In this document: positions 49,221 to 62,385 of the stretch, one piece after another
Position numbering within the stretch: the stretch's first letter is position 1
Layout of the letters: each line of letters begins with the position of its first letter
NCBI RefSeq assembly: GCF_006345805.1
Contig: NC_042999.1
Span: forward strand, 36,580,001 to 36,644,000
DNA length: 64,000 nt
Reading direction: 5' to 3'
Source of the DNA: Octopus sinensis
Lineage: Eukaryota
Notes under the pieces: generated by a model
Told to the model about the DNA's origin: nothing
Database searches by the model: none
The model's input: the letters and a program-made list of their open reading frames with translations, nothing else
Translations under genes and position numbers: made by a program

Positions 49221-49580
49221 TTCAGCGCCTGAGAAGAGGAGGGTTGTTGTGGTGGTGATAGTTTTCGTAGCATTTTTCTTTTGATCTCTCTTCCGACCTG
49301 TCCACGCCGTGGACAGGAGCTGGTGTTAGCAGTGGACATTCATTATCGTCACTGAGTAATGTAATTAGGTAGCGTAGTAAGGAGGAAAAATACAGATATT
49401 CTAGAGTTGAGTTGGGGGGAGTCCAGCTGAGAAAGGTTTTACCAGTGAAAAGAGGGGGAGAGATAGTAGAGGGGGTGCGGTCAATATAGGGGAGCACCAG
49501 TGGGGAAGGTTGGGGTAAGGAGGAACGATGGCAGGAAGGGTTGGTGTAGGTTATATGCATATATTTATATATTATTTATA

Positions 49581-49619
<39 letters not shown>

Positions 49620-50799
49620 TATGCACACTTGCAAATATATGTATATGACAGGTGGTTGGATGAGCTTCTTTGAGTTTTTGTCTACCAAATCCACTTACAA
49701 GGCTTTGGTCTTCCTAAGGTAATAGTTGTAATTTGCAGTGGGACTGAACCCAGAACCATAGGATTGGGAAGTAAGCTTCTTACCACACAGCCTATACCTG
49801 TGCCTTTACCATCAAAAAGAAAAAAATCTTTAAAACAATTGACTCATATTTCACTACCACTGGCATATAAACATCAATACATTCTATGACTGTGGGCCAA
49901 TGACGGAACCTTCACATGGTTACTCAATCTGTAGTATTGCTACCTTTGGTGCCAGGAAAAAATTACTTGAAATTTTAGAGTGACTGATACCATCATTGAT
50001 AAAAACTTTTGCACATCAGGGTTACAAGATCAAATCTAAAGAATGCTTGCCTCTCTCTTCTAACTGTACAAATTGAGTTATCTTGGAAATAATGGAAATG
50101 TCTCAGCCACTTTTGCACTGACAAGTCAGACTATTAGAGTCTGATGCAAATATAGAATGGAAGAACTAAAAAAAAAGAATAAAAACAATATTAAGAACCA
50201 GTGTTGTCTATTATTACTATAGTATTACAGCATTGATCCTGTAACATGAAGGAAAGCTGCCAGATGTGAGAAAAATAATGAAAGTGTTTGTGTTAAGTTT
50301 ATTGAATAACTGATAAAATAGTTAATAGCTTACACCTTTAAAACAACAATAACGATTGCAGTGTGTCTGTATATATATATATATATATATATACATACAC
50401 ACACACACACATGCATATATACATATATTTTTATCTTTTACTGGTTTCAGTCATTAGACTGCGGTCATACTGGAGCACTGCCTTAGAGGTTTTAGGTGGA
50501 CAAATTGACCCTAGTACTTTTTTTTTTACATGTCTGGAACTTAATCTATCGGTCTCTTTTTGCTGAACCAAGCTACAGGGATAGAAACAAACCAACACCA
50601 GTTGTCAAGCAGCAGTGCAGGACAAACATAAAGACACACACACGTACATGATTGGCTTCTTTCAGTTTCCATCTACCAAATCTACTCACAGGACTTTTGT
50701 TATCCTGGAGTTATTGTGGAAGACACTTGTCCAAGGTGCCATACAATAAAACTGAACCCAGAATCATGTGGCTGAAGCAAATTTCTTACCACACAGCAT

Positions 50800-51284
50800 A
50801 ATCATAATCAAATTCGATGACTGGCATCCATGCTAGTGAAGCACTAAGAGTACCATACAAACATAATCATTACCAGAGCAACAAGCTGGCCTCCATGCCA
50901 ATGGCACCTAGAAAAGCACCATTCGAGCGTGATCGTTACCTACGTCGTCTGACTGGCACTTGTGTTGGTGCCACGTGAAAAAAACATTCGAACAAGGTCG
51001 TTGCCAGTGCTGCTGGACTGGCTCCTGTGCAGGTGGCACATAATAAGCACCATTGAGCATGGCCACTGCCAGTACTGCCTAACTGGTCCTCAAGCCGGTG
51101 GCACATAAAAGCACCCACTACACTCTCAGAGTGGTTAGTGTTAGGAAGGGCATCCGGCCATAGAAACTCTGCCAGATCAGATTGGAGTCTGGTGCAGCCA
51201 TCTGGTTCGCCAGACCTCAGTCAAATTGTCCAACCCATGCTAGCATGGAAAGCGGACGTTAAACTATGATGATGATGATGATGA
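50800..51284 (+). mobile_element. RTE 3'UTR/tail copy with modular repeats
   Basis: ggcac.taaaagcacc modules, then cccactacactc..ggagtgg...ggacgttaaac.(atg)n. Confidence 0.8.
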
Positions 51285-51795
51285 TTTTCCATAGCTCAGA
51301 TGGAATCTGTTGGGGCAGAACCTTTTATAGCTGGATTTTCTTCCTATCACTAACCCTCACCTGTTTCCAATGAAGATTATATATATATTATATATATATT
51401 CTTTTATTCTTTTACTTGTTTCAGTCATTTGACTGTGGCCATACTTGAGCACTGCCTTGAAGGGTTTTAGCCAAACAAATAAACACCAGGACTTTTTTTT
51501 TTAAGCCTAGTACTTAGGCTATTGGTCTCTTTTGCTGAACTTCTAAGTTACGGGAATGTAAACACAGCAACACCTGTTGTCAAGTGGTGGGAGGACAGAC
51601 ACAAAGACTATTAGTGGAAGATACTTACCCAAGGTGCAACGCAGTGGGACTGAACCCAGTACCATGTGATTGAGAAGCAAGCTTCTTACTACACAGCCAC
51701 ATTTGCACATCCACACATACACATACACACACATAATATACGTATGTGTGTGAACTTACACCTACAAAATTTTACTTTTCCCTTAATTTTATTAA

Positions 51796-52005
51796 CCCTT
51801 TCATTACTGTATTTATTTTGAGATGCTCTGTGTTTCTTTCAATTACTTTAAATATGATAAAGAATTTAGTAAAATAATTTAATTATCATTCAGCTAGTGT
51901 TAGGAGCATAAATTGTGACTGAGGTTTGGTGGAAGATTTTAATTCAAAACTTACGAAAACAAGACATTTGTACTACAGAGCCAGAGCCAGTTGGTAACGA
52001 AAGGG
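51796..52005. mobile_element. piggyBac-type MITE (sister of 6420-6624)
   Basis: TTAA|ccctttcattac ... gtaacgaaaggg|TTAA. Confidence 0.85.
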
Positions 52006-52240
52006 TTAAAAGTAGCTGATGCATATTTTCAGTAACTCACATATCATACCAGCCAAATTCTTCCGCCAGTCTGTTGCCTGTTATTTTTTTTAACCCTTTA
52101 GCATTTAAACCAGCTATATTCAGCCCAAATATGCTATCTGTTTTATGTGCTAACCAGCCAGATCCAGCCTATCACACCTACCTTCAGTTCCACTGATTTG
52201 CTGACCGAAAATTCTAAAATTTTTCAATTCTATTTCACTG

Positions 52241-52940
52241 TTATCAGCATTTGCTGTTTCATTAAATTATGTTACCAAAAATCCCAAAGGAACATTTTCT
52301 CCCTCGTGTTCTATCCCTGACCACCCTAACTCTGGGCCCCCTCTCTCTCTGTCTCTTTTTCAATTACCACTTGCTTCACCAACACTTCTCCCTCCTCCAC
52401 CACCCCACCCTATATAAACTAGTGCACACGCTCGGATTCCCCTACTCCATTTTAATAACTCTGCGGAAAGAATACAAATCCAGAAGATGTTCAGATAAGA
52501 AATTTTGTGTTTTTTCAACTTCATACATCTCCTCCTCTATTCTGCGCAGATCATAAACCCCTTATTAGTCCTTTTCATTATTCTAACTATTTCCATGTAA
52601 ACATAATTTAAACATAGTTTCGTCTTCCTCTCTGTTGTCTTAAAACAAGCTTAAGTTCCTTCACGTGCATTTACTATTCGTCACCTATTCATTTATTCAG
52701 GTTTGTAACATAGTCACTTATTTCTCTATTATCAGCATTTGCTGTTTCATTAAATTATGTTACCAAAAATCCCCAAAAGAACATTTTCTCTCTCGTGTTC
52801 TATCTCTGACCACCCTAACTCTGGTCCCTCTCTCTCTGTTTTGATTACCACTTGCTTCACCAACATTTCTCCCTCCTCCACCACCCCACCCTATATAAAC
52901 TAGTGCACGCACTCAGATTCCCCTACTCCATTTTAATAAC
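52241..52940. repeat. About 215-bp direct repeat pair (52241-52459, 52729-52940)
   Basis: ttatcagcatttgctgtttcattaaattatgttacc...ctactccattttaataac is present twice. Confidence 0.85.
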
Positions 52941-53680
52941 CCTGACCACTAAGCCGCATGTGATAGTTGTAAATAAATGTCATCATCATACAAGCAGTGT
53001 CCTTCACATTCACTCTTCTGTAAAAACATGTCTGATCATGGGGAATATTACCTTACTTGGAAACAGGTACAGGTTGATGACAGGAAGGGCATCCAGCTGG
53101 AGAAAAATCTGTCTCAACAAATTCCATCTGACTGATACAAGCATTGGAAAATGGATGTTAATCAATGATGATGTAAACAAAGTTTGTACTCAAGCAAGTT
53201 TCCGAGCACATCCACAGCAGAAAATTAGAGGGTACATTGCTCCTAAGGTGGGATAAATAGTCCCAGAGTATATGATAAAAAAATGAGTCCAGTTATTCTT
53301 CCATTTTTCAAACTGATCTGCAGGCAATCATATTGACAGCGGAGTAAGTCATGTTCCTCTTAAATATTTCTTTCAAGTTTTGGTGCCAGGCCAGCAATTT
53401 TAGGGAAGTGGGTAAGTCAATTGGATTGACCCCAGTTTTCAGCTAGTACAACCCCGAAAGGATGGAAGATAAAGTCATCCTTGGTGGAATTTAAATTCAG
53501 GAAGTAAAAGGCAGACAAAATACCACCAGAATTTTGCCTGGTGTGCTAACAGTTCTACCAGATTACACCTTAGAAAATAAATAATGTACCTCCAGAAATC
53601 AAACCCAAGACCTTACAATCATGAGCTGAGTACCCTAGCCACTTAGCTGTGTGTCTTCGTGTTCCTCTTAAATATTAGTA

Positions 53681-53879
53681 CTATATATGCCAGTGTATAA
53701 GACATGCTTTTTTCATTCTTAAAGATGATGGAAAATTGCCATCCATCTAATGCAACCATATTATGGATGGGATAGCAAATGTACAGATGAAACAGATTTA
53801 ATTTGTTTTTCTGCAAAATATACTTTAAAGTTAGGGTGTATTTTATGTAAGAGTGTGTCTAATATGCTGGCAAATACAG
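53681..53879. mobile_element. Tc1/pogo-type MITE
   Basis: TA|ctatatatgccagtgtataagac ... gtctaatatgctggcaaatacag|TA (imperfect TIR, TA TSD). Confidence 0.6.
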
Positions 53880-54263
53880 TAAATGGGGTAATTTCACTCC
53901 ATCAACATAACAAATAAGTGTTGCCATATAATGAGTTTTCTCATGACCATAGAATGTTTACTTTATATTTACATCTGTTCCATTTCAAAACTATTATCCA
54001 ACTTAACATAGATGTCTTATTAGAACACTGTGTTATTAGCCTTGAGAGATTCTCTTATACAGGCATTTGGTGCATAAAGGCACACTTAGAAATTGTAGCT
54101 GATTGGAATTGTCTGTTATGGGCAACAGAACTCTTGTATCACAAAATTTCAGTCTACTGGACCTCATCAGTGAGAGTCATCTAGTGACTGCTTACCAGGC
54201 AAATCTTACTCTCATGATGTATAGAATATCAACATCTTTTCAGTAGGCTTGTTAAAAGTTAAC

Positions 54264-54687
54264 GACCTGCTGTGCTTACCTTGGATCGTAGGGTGACCTG
54301 CTGTGCTTGAGGAGACCTATTGAGTCAAGTACATCAACATCAAAATGAATATCAAATGGAAATTGTAGTTGTGTTACCTGTACCGGTGGCACGTAAAAAA
54401 ACACCATCCGAACGTGGCCGATGCCAGGGCCACCTTGACTGGCTTCCATGCTGGTGGCACGTAAAAGGCACCAACCAATCATGGTTGCTGCCAGCCTCCC
54501 CTGGCACGTAAAAAGCACCCACTACACTCACGGAGTGGTTGGCGTTAGGAAGGGCATCCAGCTGTAGAAACACTGCCAGATCAGACTGGAGCCTGGTGCA
54601 GCCTCCTCGCCTCCCAGACCCCAGTCAAACCGTCCAACCCATGCTAGCATGGAAAACGGACGTTAAACGATGATGATGATGATGATG
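54264..54687 (+). mobile_element. RTE 3'UTR/tail copy
   Basis: Ends ...ggaaaacggacgttaaac(gat)n; well-conserved core. Confidence 0.85.
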
Positions 54688-56274
54688 AACAACAGAAGCA
54701 GTATTAGTACCAAAATGTAATCTTTATAGTCTACTTAATGTGGATGTCTTGTTAAAACATTGAATACTTTTCTTGTGGAACTCAACAATTTTATTACACC
54801 AGCTTTCAGTACGAGAAAAGTATTCAGTATTCTTCAACTATCTTTACTTTAGCTTAAATAACTATTGATGTCATTACTGTTAAAACTTGACTTCTTTGAT
54901 TTGCAACCCAATCTTTCTTCTCTTCCCGTTCCATCCATCTCAGTTTGCGTATATTAAGGGTGTACTTTGATTTCAGTGCTTGATGAAGCTGTTCCTTTTG
55001 TTTTTGCTAATCACATGACACATTTTTTATTTGGAGCTGCTCCAAAATGTCTTTCAAACAGCTCTGTTGGTATTTTCCTTGCTAAATTGCCTTAATTGTA
55101 ACTTATAAGTAATTATGTAGCCATGTTTTTCTTATGACTTTATTATGTTGAGATAATATCAACGATAGATTGTATGTGTCTCTCAGTTAAACAAATATTG
55201 TATTATATAAGTTAAACTATTTTAAGAAGAAGGTCTGTCTTACCACTGTTCAACCAAAGGTAGATTATTTCATCATTATCCTATTGTTATTTTAGTGTCT
55301 ATTATTCCATGCTTGCATGGGTCAGATAATGTTTGTTTTTTTTTTTATTGAGATGAATTTTTTACTGCTTGATGCCCTTCCTATTGCCCTCTCTTGTGTT
55401 CTAGCAAGGTAATATTTCCTCATGGCCAGGAATGTTTTCACAAAATATTGGAGATAAATGACACTGCTCATATGACAGTGATGCTCATTTACAACAATGA
55501 TGTGATGTCAAGACAAGGAGAAACAAATATACATACCCTCATATATATATATATATATGATGGGTTTCCACATGGTTTCCACCTACCAAATCTACTGAGA
55601 AGGTTTTAGTCAGCCTACACTTGTCCAAGGTGCCACACAGTGGGACTGAGCCTGAAACTATTAGTTCTATGGTGTCTACCTCAATGATCACTTGTTTCAA
55701 ATTAACAAAATGCTCTGGAACTGGCACAGGACATCATGTTCAGTATATGTAAGAAACCACACTGGTTTGTTTACATGTATTGTCCAACATCTTCGCATAA
55801 TTTTCATCCTGACTAGAGTTATTTTATATGATGTTAGTACTTTTGACGTACATTGTTACCTTAAAAAATACTTGCTAATAATTCTAGGAAAACAGTTATT
55901 GTACGAGAGATGTTTGCAGTTCATTTTACAGACATTGCAGCATCCAAGCCATCTTTTACCAGAAATACAGACCCTGACACTGTTTATAAGATACAACCAA
56001 ATGAACTGAAGAACTTTTTTTGAAAAAAGAAAAAAAAACAGTAAATATTGTGTATTTTACACACACACACACATAGTATATGAAAGGGGCTGTATAAAAT
56101 CCAAGTAGTTACCTCAGTAACCATTCGCACAACTACTGGCTAACAGGATGTATGAAAGAGAGCAATGCTTCTGTAGAAGAAAATGTTCCACACAAACTGA
56201 AAATCCAGAAAATTTTCATCAACTGTAGAGTACACTACAACAAATGAATAAAAGAATGGAGGGTATTAGTATTA

Positions 56275-57311
56275 CTGTAAAAACCCATGTAATTTATGCA
56301 CTTTTTTTTTGTAAAAGTAAAAATAAACTTTAGAGGTGCATGAATTACATGAGTAGATCATTTCCAGAATTTCTTTTGAAATTTTTTTTTTCTTGAAAAA
56401 AGACGTAGAAAATGTAAACATTTATACCAGAAGTTGACTCATTTAATGTCAGAATAGGTTTTTACTGAAAAAAATAATCGCTTAAATACACATAATGAAG
56501 TTGACTTTTATTTATGCTGGATGGTATAATAATTTTTCTGTATAAATTTACTAAAATCACTAAATGGTTAACACAGTCCGGGCCATATTTTACATTGCTT
56601 GGAGTTTCTACCTATCGCAATGGAGCACATATTTAATTTTTCCTTCGCAGTTAATGATTCATAAGTTCTGCCCATACTAACAATAATGGTAATGACAAAT
56701 TTTAAAGTTTGCTTGACATTTTATAAGTGTGAAAGGGATTAAAATTTTGATACTCTGTATCAGAGGTTCCACTAAGAATAGGCAGAAAAGAATTCTGTTT
56801 AAATAATCAGCTTGATCAGTTACCTTCCTCTGTTGGTTGAGTAAAGTGTCCTCCAAGCTGATGTTTATTGGTAATTAAACTTAATTTGCAACACCTGTGC
56901 ATATTTATCAGCTTTGCTTTTGTTGGTAATTCTCATCAACTATTCCTGTGATTGTGATTTGAGAAGGCATACAGCAGTATGCTAAAGATCGGACATTAAT
57001 CTCTTGTGAGCAAGAAATGTAATATAAAGTTTATTATAAACAATACAAACACTTTGTAATTTAATAGTTTTCAATGTGATACTTATTAAACTGAAATTAT
57101 TTTTATTTAATGAAAATTTAATAAAATCTAATCAGAAGTGAAATTATGCTAAATACAACTAAATTGAAAACCTTTTTCACCTAGCTATATTGGCAATTCT
57201 TAAAACTTTTAGGTGCGAATTTTACATAAGTAGCTTTTTTTTTAACAAATTTTATCCTGAAAATCACCTGCATAAATTACACAGGTGTGCAAATTACATG
57301 GGTTTTTACAG
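56275..57311. mobile_element. Non-autonomous Tc1/pogo-type DNA element (about 1 kb)
   Basis: TA|ctgtaaaaacccatgtaatt ... aattacatgggtttttacag|TA, with subterminal ggtgc.aatt..acat repeats; no transposase ORF. Confidence 0.75.
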
Positions 57312-57330
57312 TACATTTATCCTTAGGGTA

Positions 57331-57650
57331 GTGAAAGTGTATGGCTTAATGGTTAGGGTATTTGACTCACAATCGTAAGGTCGTGAATTCAATACCCAGT
57401 AACTCATTGTGTCTTTGCACAAGACACTTTATTTCATGTTGCTCCAGTTCACTCAGCTGGCAAAAATGAGTTGCACCTGTATTTCAAAGGGCCAGCCTTG
57501 TCACATTCTGTGACACACTGAATCTCCCTGAGAACTACATTAAGAGTACACATGTCTGTGGAGTGCTCAGCCACTTGCACATTAATTTCATGAACAGACT
57601 GTTCCTTTGATTGCTGGAACCTTCATTATCGTAACCGATGAATTGCCACT
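57331..57650 (+). mobile_element. Third tRNA-derived SINE family
   Basis: A-box tggcttaatgg, B-box-like gaattcaatacc, core gtgtctttgcacaagacacttt; a related head lies at about 6063-6200. Confidence 0.6.
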
Positions 57651-58373
57651 ACCACACTCTTAGGTTATGACTGTTTCAATAACAGATGGGGCAGATAAAT
57701 CATTTGACATGCAGGAAAACATATAACCATAAATATAAACTGTGATTAAACTACACTACATGCAACCTACCTGAAATCTCATCATGACTGAGTGAATAAA
57801 TTGTATTTGGGTGAATACACATGTGTAGACACACTCAATAGGGAGAGCTTGTATTGTATATTACACAATCTGGTGAATTGCTTAGCATAATATAGTGGAT
57901 CTACTAAAACACATTATGTTTGTCTTTTAGTCTGATAATTGTTTCAGTCATTGGATTGTGGCCATGCTGGGGCACCATCTTGAATTTTTTTAGTTGAACA
58001 AATCGTCCCTATTACTTATTTATTTTTTAAAACTTGGCACTTATTCTATCAGTCTCTTTTATCAAACTAAGTTATGGGGATGTTAACACATCAACAATGG
58101 TTGTCAAGTAGTGGTGGTGGGAACAAACACAGACATGCACACACATACACACAATGAGCTTTTTGCAGTTTCCCTCTGCCAAATTCACTCACAAAGCATT
58201 GGTTAACCTGAGGCTACAGTGGAAGACACTAGCCCGATGTGTTATACAGTGGCACTGAACCCAAGACTATGTGGCTGGGAAGCAAACTTCTTACCACACA
58301 ACCATGTCTGTGCCTGTAAAGAGTAAAGATCCCTTTCAATCATGAATGACCATGGGGTTGTACCTAGAAAGTT

Positions 58374-59133
58374 GGGATCTTTTCCTTTTGAACGGCACTT
58401 TTCAACACAATTTCTAGTTAACTAAACACTTTTAAACTTCGTATATTGGTAGAATGTGTAAAAATAAAACATTTTTTTCTCTTGTCTTTCTTGAGAAAAT
58501 TGTAATTTGTAAGTTTAACGTAGTTTAATTTTTTGAATTTTAACCAATCCTATGCCCTCTATTTAGCTAAAATCATTTGCTGCGTCTAAAACTGAGACAA
58601 CATCCTGTCACTAACCCTAATCCTCACCCTAACCCTAAATTTTAGCCTTTCGTTTTTCTTTTTCTTAATTGTTAAATTAATTTAAGGATAACAATTAAGA
58701 AAAAGAACGAAAGGCTAAAACGAGAGCAATGGAAAATAATTTTAATTTAACAATTAAGGAAAAAAACGAAAGGCTAAAACGAAAGCAAAATCTCAAAACA
58801 AAAAAAAAACGAATAATTTTAGACACACGCGTAACAATTAAATTAATTTAACAATTAAGAAAAAAAACGAAAGGCTAAAATTTAGGGTTAGGGTGAGTGA
58901 CAGGATGTTGTCTCAGTTTTAGACGCAGCAAATGATTTTTGCTAAATAGAGGGCATAGGATTGGTTAAAATTCAAAAAATTAAACTACGTTAAACTTACA
59001 AATTACAATTTTCTCAAGAAAGCCAAGAGAAAAAAATGTTTTATTTTTACACATTCTACCAGTATACAAAGTTTAAAAGCGTTTAGTTAACTAGAAATTG
59101 TGTTGAAAAGTGCCGTTCAAAAGGAAAAGATCC
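58374..59133. mobile_element. Long-TIR foldback/MITE (about 300-bp arms) with internal CCCTAA repeats
   Basis: ggatcttttccttttgaacggcac ... gtgccgttcaaaaggaaaagatcc; gaaagtt is duplicated on both sides (58367-58373, 59134-59140). Confidence 0.9.
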
Positions 59134-59430
59134 GAAAGTTACCCCCCCAAGGCACAAGTCTGGGCAAGGTTATTTATGGAAGACCAGCAGTTGCCCATAC
59201 ATACCTGCCTCCCCCTCCACACCAATGTTATCATGATGTCACAACTCATTTCTACAGATGATTTAACTGAAGCAATGTGAAATAAAGTGTCTTGCTCAAG
59301 AACACTGGGCTGTGCCTGTAATGCTTTATTAAACATTATTTGACTCCCCTTAACCCAGCCATCTTGCTGGAGAAAGCGTAGCATTGTGGGCCTAAAAGAA
59401 ACTAGCTTTACCAAGCCCAGTCCTCTTTAA

Positions 59431-59657
59431 CCCTTTAGTAATCAGATTACTCTGTCAAACTAATGTTTATTTATTCACATCATTTTCAATTAATCATGCA
59501 TTGTATTTTAGCTTCAAGATTTTGCTGATGTAATTGTATATTTTTAGAATGACATTGTAGGGTTGGCATGAAAGGCTGAATTTGATTGGTTTAAACATAA
59601 AACAAATAGACAAATAGATTTTTGGTGCTGGACATGGCCTGTTTAAATGCTCACAGG
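59431..59657. mobile_element. piggyBac-type MITE (second family)
   Basis: TTAA|ccctttagtaat ... aatgctcacagg|TTAA; related to 27093-27608 and to partial copies near 44225 and 52090. Confidence 0.65.
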
Positions 59658-59871
59658 TTAAACGGTACACAAAAGTGTGAATGAGGTGAGGGTTTGGACA
59701 TAGTATTGCAACCTAACCAAGAAGTGCCAAATTTTCAGCTACCGTTTCTAGCATGTCCAACAATCATATAAAGGTGCTTGTGGGCAGTGGGAGGAACTTC
59801 ATGGCTAAATTGATTTTTATTACTTTGGAGTCAGATCCATCATTTTTGTCTTTTTTTCCATCTGTTTCCAG

Positions 59872-59948
59872 GATCCTAGAGCAAGTTATGATGTGAATGG
59901 AAAAGATCCTGATCCTACACCACGATATGATGCTACAGATGAGAACAG
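59872..59948 (+). CDS. FURIN: Furin-like exon (DPRASYDVNGKDPDPTPRYDATDEN + split Arg codon)
   Basis: Acceptor tctgtttccAG, donor GTatgt, 77 nt, phase 0-2. Matches furin DPxASxDVNxxDPDPxPRY...NR, which directly precedes HGTRC. Confidence 0.96.
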
Positions 59949-60630
59949 GTATGTTTTGTTCTGTTGAAGTGTTCTCACCACTTTCAAAAGGCTACACACT
60001 TCCAATGTTTCACTTTTAGAGTTTCTTCAGAAATATTGTTGTTTATCTGTTGCTTCTAGCATGTCAGGTTTTCTGGTGGTGGTCTGGTATTTTTTAAGTT
60101 TGCTATTTCAGTAGAATTCTACACATGCGGGGAAACATCTGACAAAAGTGAAAGCGAGTAGGTGATGGGTGGGCAAGGTGGGGGAAAGGGGCATCGAGTG
60201 TTTCTTTAAGAAAAATTAAGCTATAAAAATTGTATATATTTCCCAGATTCGTAATCTCTGTATTTTTCTACATAGATAACAAAAAAAAAAAAAAAAAATT
60301 CAAAAACGTTACAAATTAAGAAATTGCAGTGAGGATGGGGAGGAAATTAAAATTTTGAAAATGTGATTTCTGGACAAAATTGTATTAACCCCCTTTTATA
60401 TGGTGAAACAATACATAGTTTGTGATCTTTCTTAAGAACGGAAAGCACTTTCATGCAAACCCATGCAAATTGTACCCCCCCCCCTCTTCACTTTTAAATA
60501 AACAATAACTTCAATTATGCCATTAACTTTATATCAGTGGTGCCGATTCTGCCCATAAGGAAGGAGCAAATAATACAATGTGCCTGTAGGTCATAACACT
60601 TGGGCAACACCAAGATTCATTGTTAGTATT

Positions 60631-60679
<49 letters not shown>

Positions 60680-60878
60680 CTGTGATGGTGCAATGGTAGC
60701 ACACTTGGTCATGAAAACAAAGTGGTGTGGGTTTGAATCCCACACATATGGCAAAACCTACTTTTTTCTGTCAAAGGCTTATATGCCCCATTATCAGACT
60801 ATTTTTTTTACTCATTGCGCGGTGATTACTTATAAGCTTTAAGCTTTAAAAAATACTATTACTATTTACAGAATATAT

Positions 60879-60916
<38 letters not shown>

Positions 60917-61278
60917 TTCAGGATTCAAGTGAATCAGGTACCTAAATAGCAAAGCACAGAGTTCAAGTTAAAGAAATAGCAATCATGTATAAAACAAAAT
61001 TAAAGGAACGTTTACATACATACAGAAGTACAGACAGATTAATGTTCTAATTTCATAAACGGTTACATGCGCCTGACTGAATATACCATGAGTTTCAAGG
61101 TTGTACCTACAAACACACTGCACCAATTGTACTGCACTTAAAGGACTCCTGAACCATGCTAATTGCACATTCTGAATAAGGTGAATAATAAATAAATAAC
61201 AACAGATGGAAATTGGTTCATTCATCATTAAAAAAACTCGTTTGAAACAGTTGTCGTGAATGATATATATACATATAT

Positions 61279-62034
61279 CATCATCATCGTTTAACGTCCG
61301 TTCTCCATGCTAGCATGGGTTGGACGGTTTGACCGGGGATCTGGGAAGCCAGAAGGCTGCCCCAGGCTCCGGTCTTATCTGGCATTGTTTCTACAGCTGG
61401 ATGCCCTTCCTAACGCCAACCACTCCATGAGTGTAGTGGGTGCTTTTTACGTGCCACCTGCACTGGAGCCAGGCGAGGCTGACATCGGCCACGGTCGGAT
61501 TGGTGCATTTTACATGCCACCTGCACGGAAGCCAGTCGAGGCGGCACTGGCTTCGGCCACGATTCGGATGGTGCTTTTTATGTGCCACCGACACGGAAGC
61601 CAGTCGAGGCGGCGCTGGCATCGGCCACGATTCGGATGGTGCTTTTTACGTATCTCCAGTCCAGGGGTCCTGGCATCTGCCAGGTGCCAGTCATAGGATT
61701 GGTTCAATTTCGATTCCGATTTCGATTTCGATTTCACTTGGCCCAACAGGTCTTCGCAAGCAGAGGGGGTAGGCATAGGTGCCTGTCGTCGGATGAGGTT
61801 CGATATCGACTCCGCTTGCCTCAACAGGTCTTTGTGTGTCCAAGGGAGGAAAGGCAGGCATAAATGGGCTGGACTCACTTGTCCTGCCTGGTCTTTTCAC
61901 GCACAGCATATTTCCAAAGTTCTCGGTCGCAGGTCATTTCCTCGGTGAGACCTAAAGTTCGAAGGTCGTGCTTCACCACCTCGTCCTAGGTTTTCCTGGG
62001 TCTACCTCTTCCACGGGTTCCCTCCACTGCTAGG
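61279..62034 (-). mobile_element. 5'-truncated RTE (second subfamily): RT C-terminus, long modular 3'UTR and tail
   Basis: Minus strand reads AVEGTRGRGRPRKT*DEVVKHDLRTLGLTEEMTCDRELWKYAVREKTRQDK*, followed by (gaaatc)n, ~60-bp modules and (gat)n. Confidence 0.9.
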
Positions 62035-62385
62035 GATTGATATATATAGAAAAATAGATATCATCATCATCATCATCATTTATCATCCATTGTCCATGCT
62101 GTCATGGGTTGGATGGTTTGACCAGGGCTGGTATGCTGAGGGGCGGCACCAGACTCCAGTTTGATTTGGCATGGTTTCTACAGCTGGATATCCTTCCTTA
62201 TGCTGACCACTCCAAGAGTGTAATAGGTACTTTCAAGTGCCACCAGCACGAGTGCCAGTTGCATGTCACCAGTATCTGTCATGACTACCGTTTCACTTGG
62301 CTTGATGGTTGTATGAGGATTCTGCAGTTTCTTGCTAATCAACCTGCTCTGATGATTTGTTTATAGTGATCAAATATTTATATTA

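Larger units (their letters stand above)
45787..49550 (-). mobile_element. Near full-length RTE-clade LINE (APE endonuclease + RT)
   Basis: APE motifs (GTINVGTL, DVCCIQEVRW, ISAYAPQAG, GGDFNGHVG, SQIDFIL, PQHRLIISD) and RT motifs (NYRGIKLL, AFVDLEKAFDRVP, GVHQGSALSPLLF, LYADD, YLG). Has a 3'UTR with a (GAT)n tail and a 5'UTR-like region. Confidence 0.97.

Noticed and set aside
58600-58900. True telomere or chromosome-fusion site
   Set aside because: Only two to three CCCTAA units are present per side, and they lie inside the TIRs of a TSD-flanked element.
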